9,030 bases of DNA from assembly GCF_006345805.1 (NCBI RefSeq), contig NW_021828179.1:1-9030 (forward strand). The letters run 5' to 3'. The notes beneath the pieces are model-generated. The model did no database searches, was not told the DNA's origin, and worked only from the letters and a program-made list of their open reading frames with translations. This document shows, in pieces, positions 1 to 8,334 of this stretch. The position numbers were made by a program, and so were the translations under genes. How positions within the stretch are numbered: position 1 is the stretch's first letter; each line of letters begins with the position of its first letter. This DNA comes from Octopus sinensis. Its lineage: Eukaryota.

Positions 1-128
1 ATACATACATATATATGTGTGTGTCTCTGTGTGTATGTAAGTATGTATGCGTTTGTGTTTATATAACATATCACTACATACGCATACATATATGTATTTA
101 TATATATATATGCATATATGTATATATG

Positions 129-181
<53 letters not shown>

Positions 182-385
182 GTATACACATTCATGCAAT
201 CACACATGCATGCATGTATGCATAAATAAATGCTTATATGCATATACATTCATGTATATATTACGTGAGTATGCCTACAATATATCTTATGCATATACAT
301 ACATACACACAAATACGTACATAAGCACATATATATGCATATATATAATGATATATGTATGCATATATATATACATACATATATG

Positions 386-447
<62 letters not shown>

Positions 448-600
448 ATAATATTATAGATATATATATATAATGCAATAGTTACGTGCCACGCGTAATT
501 TACTCCTTTATATATATATATAAGCACATGTTTATCATTTGAATGCTTATACATTCACATATATACGCACAGGTATTCATTCTCACATACATGCATATGT
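1..600. repeat. Compound low-complexity microsatellite tract, (TA)n/(TATG)n/(CATA)n
   Basis: Directly visible TA, TATG and CA repeats; the overlapping Y/I/M/C-rich ORFs are repeat translations. Confidence 0.95.
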
Positions 601-849
601 GTATATCTGAATAATTGCATATAAAAAAAATAGCTGCTTCTTCATTCACCTTTCTGTGAATGTAACTTTGATCATGAGGAATTTGGTGCCCTCAGATGTT
701 TTCCAATAATGAATGGATGTTTCGACGCTGAACTCCCAATCTCTCATGATGGATAGCGAGCAGTGGTCGTCAAATCATTGACCACCTTTTCCTCCTGTTT
801 TCTATCGTAACTGCACTCTTTTGCTCCACTACTAGCAAAACTCTCTCTC

Positions 850-1460
850 TCTGCTGCCCACATCAGCCTGTTATCGCCTGTCTTTGTTTCTCCTCGTGAT
901 ACCCCGCGGGGTGTGAATAACCTCCATACCGTCGGTGCATCTAATCTTCCACAACTCATCTTGACTAGGAAACGTCATGTTTGTTCCCCCTCGAGCCATC
1001 CCTGGCTCATAAGGGCCGGTTTCCCGGTTTCCTTGGCGCATAGGTTCCCCACCTGGACGAGACGCCGGTCCATCGCAGGTGAGCTACAAGATGCAGGAGG
1101 AAAGAGTGAGAGAAAGTTGTGGTGAAAGAGTCAGCAGAAGCTCGCCATTACCTTCAGCCGGAGCCACTTGGAGCTTAGGTGTTTCGCTCATAAACCCACA
1201 CATCACCCGGTCTGAGATTCGAACCTGCGATCCCTCGACCGCGAGTCCGCTGCTCTAACCACTAGGCCATGCGCCTCCACGTGAAACGTCATGCCTGAAA
1301 AACGGTTCCGGATTTGGTATTCTTCTACAGAAAGTCGTGATCGGACAGTAAATTCATTCAATGTTATCTTCTTCGCCTTCTTGGATAAAAGAACGACATG
1401 GTTGTCTAAAGAACTTGGGGTTGCCGCAACCTTTCTTCCATGTCTATCTTCATATCTCAT
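850..1460 (-). pseudogene. Highly decayed non-LTR retrotransposon reverse-transcriptase fragment (R2/Hero-like), split by the SINE at 980-1282
   Basis: After removing the SINE and one TSD copy, the minus strand gives, across frameshifts, VVLLSKKAKKITLNEF..(YCPIT)LSVEEYQI...FS then GMEVIHT and RGETKTGDNRLMW. This resembles, from memory, the RT N-terminal motif order of RLE-type non-LTR elements (lipK...qfRpIsLlsvegKIf ... gcleHt ... kgdlavlwlD). Manual motif recognition only. Confidence 0.4.
980..1282 (-). mobile_element. Full-length tRNA-derived SINE with 11-bp TSD
   Basis: Minus strand begins GTGGAGGCGCATGGCCTAGTGGTTAGAGC (A box, 1259-1269) and has GGTTCGAATC (B box, 1216-1225). It is flanked by the direct repeat GAAACGTCATG at 969-979 and 1283-1293. 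Confidence 0.92.
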
Positions 1461-1482
1461 GACCGGGTCTTTGAGGCAAGTT

Positions 1483-1623
1483 CTCTTTTACTCTTTTATT
1501 TGTTTCATTCATTTTGACTGTGGCCATGCTGGAGCACCGCCTTTAGTCGAGCAAATAGGACTATTAATTATTCTGTCGGTCTCTTTTACCGAACCGCTAA
1601 GTTACGGGGACGTAAACACACCA
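1483..1623 (-). mobile_element. 3' fragment of an abundant octopus-type SINE ('family B')
   Basis: Homologous within the window to 2446-2605 (+) and 4822-4930 (-), sharing TTTGACTG(T/C)GGCCATGCTGGAGCACCGCCTTTAG and a (TCTTTTAC)-type tail. Carries an internal deletion. Confidence 0.85.
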
Positions 1624-1672
1624 TATATTAATATAGATATATATAATATATATATTATATATATATATATAT

Positions 1673-1866
1673 ACTTTATTTAAAGCAGCAGAAAATTCAG
1701 CAAAACCTGTTATTTGAGTTTCCACGTTGCCGTTCATCGGACAGAGTTACTCAGAGTAACAGGTTTTGTTGAATTTCTGCTGCTTTAATAAGCATATTAC
1801 TCTACCACTGGTATTTGCACTCTTTTTTCTACCTTGTTTCACACTCACATTATGCGTTTATTCCGG
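1673..1866. mobile_element. Penelope-like element terminal remnant with inverted partial copy, embedded in (TA)n
   Basis: Inverted arms 1674-1719 and 1749-1792 surround a minimal hammerhead-like core, and TA tracts lie on both sides. An inverted 5'-truncated terminal copy plus a minimal HHR is the known PLE signature. Confidence 0.6.
1707..1744 (-). ncRNA. Minimal type I hammerhead-like motif (degenerate)
   Basis: Minus strand: CUGU-CCGAUGA-ACG(GCAA)CGU-G-GAAA-CUCAAA-UA-ACAG. Stem I is CUGU/ACAG and stem II has a GNRA loop. Stem III is decayed here but intact (CUC-A-GAG-UA-ACAG) in the inverted half-copy at 1750-1762. Confidence 0.55.
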
Positions 1867-1922
<56 letters not shown>

Positions 1923-1950
1923 TATATATATTATACATATATAATATATA
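1867..1950. repeat. (TA)n microsatellite
   Basis: Directly visible. Confidence 0.95.
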
Positions 1951-2136
1951 TCGGGAGAGTTCACGAAAAAAACAAAAACGAAGACAAGGTGGTGTACAAA
2001 ACAAACAGATGTATTAGTATAACGCTCAGGAATAGAAAATGTCTTTTACGTTTCTAGCCTCGCTCTTCTTCAGGAAGGGACACAGGAAAAACAAGAAGAG
2101 ATAAAAATGTGTGTAGTGGCTAACGATCTAATCATG
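1951..2136 (-). mobile_element. Short Penelope-like terminal-repeat remnant containing a minimal HHR-like core at 2043-2077
   Basis: Minus strand: CUUC-CUGAAGA-A-GAGC(GAG)GCUA-GAAA-CG-UA-AAAG, with both conserved boxes and a palindromic ACGU stem III. The module is bounded by TA/TATG microsatellite. Confidence 0.5.
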
Positions 2137-2151
2137 TATGTATATATCTAC

Positions 2152-2605
2152 GTGTGTTTGTCTCACTACCATCGCTTGACAACCGGTATTGGTGCATTAA
2201 GGCGGCGGGCTAGCAGAATCGTTAGCACGTCGGGCGAAATGCTTAGCGGTATTTCGGCTGCCGTTACGTTGTGAGTTCAAATTCCGCCGAGGTCGACTTT
2301 GCCTTTCATCCTTTCGGGGTCGATAAATTAAGTACCAGTTAAGCACTGGGTTCGATGTAACCGACTTAATACCTATGTCTGTCCATGTTTGTCCCATCTA
2401 TGTTCAGCCCCTTGTGGGTAATAAAGAAATAGGTATTGGTGCATTTAAGTGTCCGTAACTTAGCGAATCGGCAAAAGAAACTGACAGCATAAGTACTAGG
2501 CTTAGAAAATACGTCGTGGAGTCGATTTGTTCGACTAAACACCCTTCAAGGCAGTGCTCTAGCATGGCCGCAGTCAAATGACTGAAACAAATAAAAGAAT
2601 AAATG
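2152..2605 (+). mobile_element. 3' half of SINE family B, interrupted by a nested SINE
   Basis: 2152-2198 and 2446-2605 join into one continuous element (...CTTGACAACCGGTATTGGTGCATT-TAAGTGTCCGTAACTTAGCG...GCAGTCAAATGACTGAAACAAATAAAAGA), homologous to the reverse complement of 1483-1623. Confidence 0.8.
2199..2431 (+). mobile_element. Full-length tRNA-derived SINE ('family A') with 14-bp TSD
   Basis: Starts GGCGGCGGGCTAGCAGAATCGTTAGCAC, has a B-box-like GAGTTCAAATTCC at 2273-2285 and an A-rich tail. TSD GGTATTGGTGCATT at 2185-2198 and 2432-2445. Paralogs at 4378-4580 and 7996-8201. Confidence 0.92.
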
Positions 2606-3436
2606 ATTATATATATAAACATATAACACACACAATCATACATATGCATGCATGATATTGAGCATACCCTGAACATTTGTATACACACATGCAGAGCATT
2701 ACATGCACTTGTAGAAATGAATATATTCGTGAGATATACTTACAACAATGTAGAGGATGCTTTCTCCTTATAGCCATGTTATGTAACAAAGTATTTCACC
2801 TACAATCTAGAATTTCTTTTATTCTAAACGAAATAAAAGAACTAACTCTCCATTATTGTTCAGACAATGGATGGAAATGTACCGATATTGTATTCATCTT
2901 CAAGGGGAACAAATGAAATCATAAAATTTTCTAAAGCTCTTTCTAAAACCGCAATTTATAAGTTCCATGCTATCATACATGCCTTCTGACACATACACAT
3001 TATATACAAATATTAAATATAGACACGGGTTGTTTCTATTGTAAACAATAAAACTACTCGTATTTGTAAATAGAAGTTACATATAAGTATTCATATATAA
3101 TGCTACATGATGTCCATGCATTCGCAAGTATATAGAGGTTTGCATTTCACACGTGATTTATGGGAATCCTGAGGTAATGATCTCTGAAGAATCTTAATAA
3201 ATGCGAATCATTTCGGCTTGATACTCACTCCTATATACCGAGTCCTGTTATTTAATTAACCACGGGGCATAATTTTGCAAGAATAAAAATTTATACATAT
3301 TGTGTATACATAATGTATATATTGTTAATATGTCAACCCTTGGCGGACAGACCATTTAATGTAGGGAGAAATAGTTTCAACCAAAAATGGTGATACGACG
3401 TCAATAGCGATATATCAGGTAGCTAAAAGTTTATAT

Positions 3437-3699
3437 GTGGAGGCACGTGGCTTAGTGGTTAAGGTGTCAGCACCATGATCGTAAGATTGTGGTTTCGATT
3501 CCTGGACCAGGCGACTCGTTGTGTTCTTGAGCAAAACACTTCATTTCACGTTGCTCCAGTCCACTCAGCTGGCAAAAATGAGTAACGCTGCGATGGACTG
3601 GCGTCTCGTTCAGCTGGGGAACACATACGCCATAGAAACTGGGAAACCGGGCACATGAGCCTGGGTAGTCTTTAACAGGGCGCCTTTATTTTATTTAAA
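3437..3699 (+). mobile_element. Full-length tRNA-derived SINE with CORE-like central domain and 13-bp TSD
   Basis: A box TGGCTTAGTGG (3448-3458), B-box-like GGTTTCGATTCC (3491-3502), central GTGTTCTTGAGCAAAACACTT...CAGCTGGCAAAAATGAGTA, TTTA-type tail. TSD AAAAGTTTATATG at 3425-3437 and 3700-3712. Confidence 0.92.
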
Positions 3700-3772
3700 A
3701 AAAGTTTATATGGGAAAGCCAATGCTTGTTTATTAAATGTACTTTTGTACGGATTCATACATTCTATAAATC

Positions 3773-3871
3773 AGAAAGCTGATTCGAAGACTACATCACT
3801 GGAACAATAAACCTAGGGGCTCGGGAGGGAGACCAATAAAATAAGTACAAGGCTTAGAGAGAGTAAGTCCT
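3773..3871 (+). repeat. Inverted duplicate of 4888-4997
   Basis: Reverse complement of 4888-4997 apart from one 11-nt deletion and one substitution. Confidence 0.93.
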
Positions 3872-4012
3872 ATTGATAAAATGAATAACACTTAAGCCTG
3901 GTGGCCGCTTGCGTGGACTGTGTTTCTCATGAAATTTTTCCACTGAATAATCATTTGTAAATTCACTGGTTGAAGTCGGCTCAACTATTACTAGTGTGCA
4001 CCGAGACGCATG

Positions 4013-4014
<2 letters not shown>

Positions 4015-4054
<40 letters not shown>

Positions 4055-4070
4055 ATATATTATATATAAT
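4015..4070. repeat. (TA)n microsatellite
   Basis: Directly visible. Confidence 0.95.
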
Positions 4071-4278
4071 AAAACGAAGGGTTTCACACCTGGTAGCTTA
4101 CTGGTAAAGCACGGTCATTTTTACAATTACTTTAGCGAGTTGTATCTATTCATTACCCGATGAGATACATCGCACCACCGGATGCTCCTGAACCAGTTGT
4201 TGAGTGTCCCACACGTGAGGGATCGATGCTAGATGTGTCGAAACAAATTCTCGTATATTCCATCTTCCGTCTTTCATT

Positions 4279-4282
<4 letters not shown>
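4071..4282 (+). mobile_element. Short TA-embedded module with a hammerhead-like core and very long stem II (putative Penelope-like terminus)
   Basis: CCGATGA (4157-4163), then GATACATC (4164-4171) pairing with GATGTGTC (4232-4239), immediately followed by GAAAC (4240-4244) and GTA (4253-4255). Stem I could not be identified. Confidence 0.35.
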
Positions 4283-4346
<64 letters not shown>

Positions 4347-4360
4347 TATATATAATATAT
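4283..4360. repeat. (TA)n microsatellite
   Basis: Directly visible. Confidence 0.95.
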
Positions 4361-4377
4361 GTGTGTTTTGGACAATA

Positions 4378-4580
4378 GCGCGGTGGCTGGCAGAACCGTT
4401 AGCACGCCCTACGAAATGTATAGCAGCATTTCGTCCGCCATTACGTTCTAGGTTCAAATTCCGCCGAGGAGTCGACTTTGCCTGTTCTCCTATCGGGGCC
4501 GATAAAACACGTACCAGGCGATGTAATCGATTTACTTCTTTCCCTGAAATTGTTGGTCTTCTGTCAAAATCTAAAACTAA
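4378..4580 (+). mobile_element. Diverged copy of SINE family A
   Basis: GCTGGCAGAACCGTTAGCACG...GTTCAAATTCCGCCGAGGAGTCGACTTTGCCT aligns with 2209-2305; no clear TSD. Confidence 0.85.
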
Positions 4581-4617
4581 CGTAAACGAGACCAATTTTC
4601 ATTTAAACGAACACATC

Positions 4618-4770
4618 ACAGGCGCGGCTATAAGAGATAAAGAAATTTCCTCCGCAACTGGGTAATCTTGGATCGAAGTTAACCGTGGGTCACCTTGGAC
4701 ATGTGTCTTCTTTCTTTACTCTGTGGAGCACCGAATTTCGTAGTCAGAAACTGTGGGTGTCTGTGTGGCA
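4618..4770 (+). mobile_element. Possible old, decayed SINE 5' portion (tRNA head plus CORE-like start)
   Basis: CACCTTGGACATGTGTCTTCT resembles the CORE-like CACCTTGGGCAAGTGTCTTCT motif recalled from octopus SINE heads; promoter boxes are eroded. Confidence 0.35.
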
Positions 4771-4773
4771 GCA

Positions 4774-4776
<3 letters not shown>

Positions 4777-4819
<43 letters not shown>

Positions 4820-4821
4820 TA
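4777..4821. repeat. (TA)n microsatellite
   Basis: Directly visible. Confidence 0.95.
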
Positions 4822-4930
4822 TTCTTTTACATCTCATTTGACTGCGGCCATGCTGGAGCACCGCCTTTAGTTGAAGAAATCGACATCAGGACTTACTCTC
4901 TCTAAGCCTTGTACTTATTTTATCGGTCTC
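4822..4930 (-). mobile_element. 3' fragment of SINE family B
   Basis: TCATTTGACTGCGGCCATGCTGGAGCACCGCCTTTAG...GTACTTATTTTATCGGTCTC is homologous to 1483-1623 and 2470-2600. Confidence 0.88.
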
Positions 4931-4945
4931 CCTCCCGAGCCCCTA

Positions 4946-5098
4946 GGTTTATTGTTCCAGTGATGGATTGGATCTGTAGTCTTCGAATCAGCTTTCTCCT
5001 TTCTGGTTTTGAGGTGCCTAATTTCTCAAGATTTGTATTTAGGTAGTGCGTTACATATTCTCAGCGCCCCATTAATTACAGGTATCACATTTGGAACT
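4946..5098 (-). pseudogene. C-terminal fragment of a restriction-like-endonuclease non-LTR retrotransposon ORF (R4/Dong-like)
   Basis: With one 1-nt frameshift the minus strand reads VIPVINGAL/YVTHYLNTNLEKLGTSKPERRKLIRRLQIQSITGTI. This matches the generic 'ipviiGalG.....l..lg......i..lQ...l.gt..i' tail of RLE elements. Confidence 0.6.
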
Positions 5099-5102
5099 TG
5101 AG

Positions 5103-5776
5103 ATGCATGCATGTATGCATGTATGTATGTATGTATGTATGTATGTATATATGTATGTATGTATGTATGCATGCATGCATGCATGTATGTATGTATGTAT
5201 GTATGTATGTATGCATGCATGCATGCATGTATGTATGTATGTATGTATGCATGTATGTATGTATGTATGTATGTATGTATGTATGTATGTATGTATGTAT
5301 GTATGCATGCATGTATGCATGTATGTATGCATGTATGTATGTATGTATGTATGCATGCATGTATGTATGTATGTATGTATGTTTGTTTGTATGTATGTAT
5401 GTATGTATGCATGTATGTATGTATGTATGTATGTATGTATTTTGTATGTATGTATGTATGTATGTATGCATGTATGTATGTATGTATGCATGCATGTATG
5501 TATGTATGTATGTATGTTTGTTTGTATGTATGTATGTATGCATGTATGTATGTATGTATGTATGTATGTATGTTTGTATGTATGTATGTATGTATGTATG
5601 CATGTATGTATGTATGTATGCATGCATGTATGTATGTATGTATGTATGTTTGTTTGTATGTATGTATGTATGTATGCATGCATGCATGTATGTATGTATG
5701 TATGTATGTATGTATGATGTATGTATGTATGTTGTATGTATGTATGTATGTATGTATGTATGTATGTTTGTATGTA
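5103..5776. repeat. ~670-bp (TATG)n tetranucleotide array with CATG/TTTG variants
   Basis: Directly visible; explains all six 208-294 aa ORFs, since the unit encodes no stop codon. Confidence 0.98.
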
Positions 5777-6167
5777 CCAATGCTTAGGCATGATTGTACG
5801 AATGCATATATGTTGTAGGATACTGTTTTGTACCCTGCCAACCGAACTTTTGTAGATAAGGGTACATATTCAAAGATAAGGTTATACGCTATGTGACGTC
5901 TCATACACATTACCTGTGTTTACAAACACAGGTAAGACCGAATACATTAGTAACCTTGGTTATTCTCCTTTCTCTCCATCTTTGTTTAACTGTCTCTTAG
6001 TTTGTCTGTCTGTATCTCACTTGTATACAGAGCGTATCAAATAGAACTTGGTTAATTAATTAAGGTGCGTGCATGAGTAACCTGGACTAGACAGATTCCA
6101 AATTCCAGGTGATTCAACTGATCAGTAGAGCGGTCAATACCGATTTCAACCCTTGGAAAGTTCCTGG

Positions 6168-6706
<539 letters not shown>

Positions 6707-6924
6707 GAAATTACGCCACCCTCTCTCTGCACGCTGTGCACCAATTCCAGTCCATTTTGCTGCTGCTACATATTCCAGAATTCCTTTGCCAATATCGTCA
6801 GCCGCATGTCTGCATTGTCTAGAATCTGAGATACGTGAACCGATCTGAATGGAGAATCTCTACGGTGGAAGTAATTCTCGCAGGTATGCAACCAGCTGAG
6901 GCAAATTCGAAGACAACGGTTGGA

Positions 6925-7040
6925 AACAACAACAACCACTGTCGACAACAATAACAACGACAACAGCAAGAACTGCGGCAGCAGCAGCAGCAGCAGCAAC
7001 AACAACAACGATAACGAGAAGAACATTAGTGGCAACAACA
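6925..7040. repeat. Imperfect (CAA)/(CAG)n trinucleotide tract
   Basis: Directly visible. Confidence 0.85.
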
Positions 7041-7113
7041 AGGTTTATCTGAAACAACAGCAGAAGAAAGCCGTGTTGAAATCAAACGGCCATCATATAT
7101 CTCTTCGCCCGTT

Positions 7114-7114
7114 G

Positions 7115-7191
<77 letters not shown>

Positions 7192-7326
7192 GAATTATGA
7201 TAATAATGATGATGATGAGGATGATGGTGATGAGGTTGCTGACGACGATTATGATGATGAGAAACAAGACTGATACTACTGCTAATAATGATGATAATAA
7301 TAACAATAATGATAATAATAATAATA
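7114..7326. repeat. (TAA)n grading into (TGA)n trinucleotide tract
   Basis: Directly visible; source of the poly-N/D/I/Y ORFs. Confidence 0.96.
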
Positions 7327-7339
7327 TATGAATACATTA

Positions 7340-7422
7340 ATACATGTATACATACACACAATACACACACTCACACACGCGCATACACACATTCACACTT
7401 ACGTTTCTGTGTGTGTGTGTGT

Positions 7423-7488
<66 letters not shown>

Positions 7489-7535
7489 TATATATATGTA
7501 TATGTATATGTATGTATTATGTATGTATACACACA
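7340..7535. repeat. (CA)n/(TG)n/(TA)n/(TATG)n compound microsatellite
   Basis: Directly visible. Confidence 0.93.
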
Positions 7536-7980
7536 ACCCTTTTCCTTCAGTCTGTCCCACAGACCAGACGCATTCCTATCTGTCTCCTCGTCTATCTTTT
7601 CTCTTGTCAAAGAATATTTCCCCACCGTTCGCTACATTACCTCATCTGGCCTGACGGCCCTCCATGTTTGTTTTCGTTTGGTTTGTTGTATGTCTGTCTC
7701 CATTATCCTGCTTTTGTTACCGACCTCGACCCTCCGCAAAATACCAAATTTTACTCTTGGTTCGCGGGAGCAACTGTCTTTCGAAGCCTCATAATATCGT
7801 CAACTGCTCAAAATGTGGAGTAGATGAACAGCCGACAACTGAAGAAGGGTCGTCCGTCATGTTACTTGTCTTGTTTTCTATTTGTTTCTCTCGTTGTTCG
7901 CATACTCAAGTTTGACTTCGTATCTCCTGTTGTTTTCATATTTCATGTGGTTTTACGTTTTGTGACGTCCTGTACCCGTA
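7536..7980 (+). mobile_element. Possible decayed non-autonomous Penelope-like element
   Basis: The frame at 7772-7819 encodes NCLSKPHNIVNCSKCG, similar to the C.s.nviY.i.C..Cg entry to PLE GIY-YIG endonucleases. It is followed by GACAA-CTGAAGA...TTGTC (7834-7870), an HHR-like stem I plus first box but no GAAA box. Flanked by TA microsatellite. Confidence 0.35.
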
Positions 7981-7995
7981 TATGTATATATATAT

Positions 7996-8201
7996 ATTTC
8001 TTTACTACCCACAAGAAGCTAAACACAGAGGAGACAAACAAGGACAGACAAAGGGATCGACCCCAGTGCGTAACTGGTACTTCATTTATCGACCCCGGAA
8101 GGATGAAAGGCTAAGCCGACCTCGGCGGAATTTGAACTCAGAACGTAACGGCAGACGAAATACGGCAACGCATTTCGCCCAGCGTGCTAACGTTTCTGCC
8201 A
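7996..8201 (-). mobile_element. SINE family A copy lacking its first ~10 nt
   Basis: Reverse complement aligns to 2211-2431 (TGGCAGAAACGTTAGCACG...GAGTTCAAATTCCGCCGAGGTCG...CTTGTGGGTAGTAAAGAAAT). Confidence 0.9.
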
Positions 8202-8334
8202 TTTCAATATGGCTAACCCCTAAGGGTGGATGCTACTGTAGTTTTTAGCCCCAGGAGGACACACTCCTCCAGCTGGCCATAGACACACTTTCTGTGTCCT
8301 GTCAGTATTTGCAAAGGGAATCCCTACCCGTCTT

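Noticed and set aside
15-554. Y/I/M/C-rich ORFs, and similar ones at 6109-6570 and 7082-7823
   Set aside because: Microsatellite translations with no domain signal.
710-755. Minus-strand ...CATGAGAG...GTCGAAACATCC as another hammerhead
   Set aside because: The first box is not CUGANGA and no consistent stems I/II were found.
1205-1280. tRNA gene (also 3437-3515 and 2201-2290)
   Set aside because: A/B boxes are present, but there is no proper acceptor stem or terminator. Each continues into a SINE body and is enclosed by a TSD.
2677-3420. 79-aa ORF and AT-rich unique stretch with imperfect palindrome near 3292-3320
   Set aside because: No recognisable protein motif; the palindrome is expected by chance in TA-rich sequence.
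3773-4997. MITE or foldback transposon with 100-bp TIRs
   Set aside because: No TSD, and the arms consist of LINE and SINE pieces that continue beyond the right arm on both sides.
5026-5910. Six overlapping long ORFs (208-294 aa)
   Set aside because: They are translations of (TATG)n, which has no stop codon in any frame; only the short RLE tail at the low-coordinate end is protein-like.
6117-6146. CGGTCAATACCG hairpin (6131-6142) with the same loop as the retrozyme stem II
   Set aside because: No correctly placed CUGANGA or GAAA boxes and no stem I or III; probably coincidental.
6779-6883. Plus-strand 105-nt exon bounded by TTCCAG| and CAG|GTATG
   Set aside because: Stop codons occur in all three frames; no coding support.
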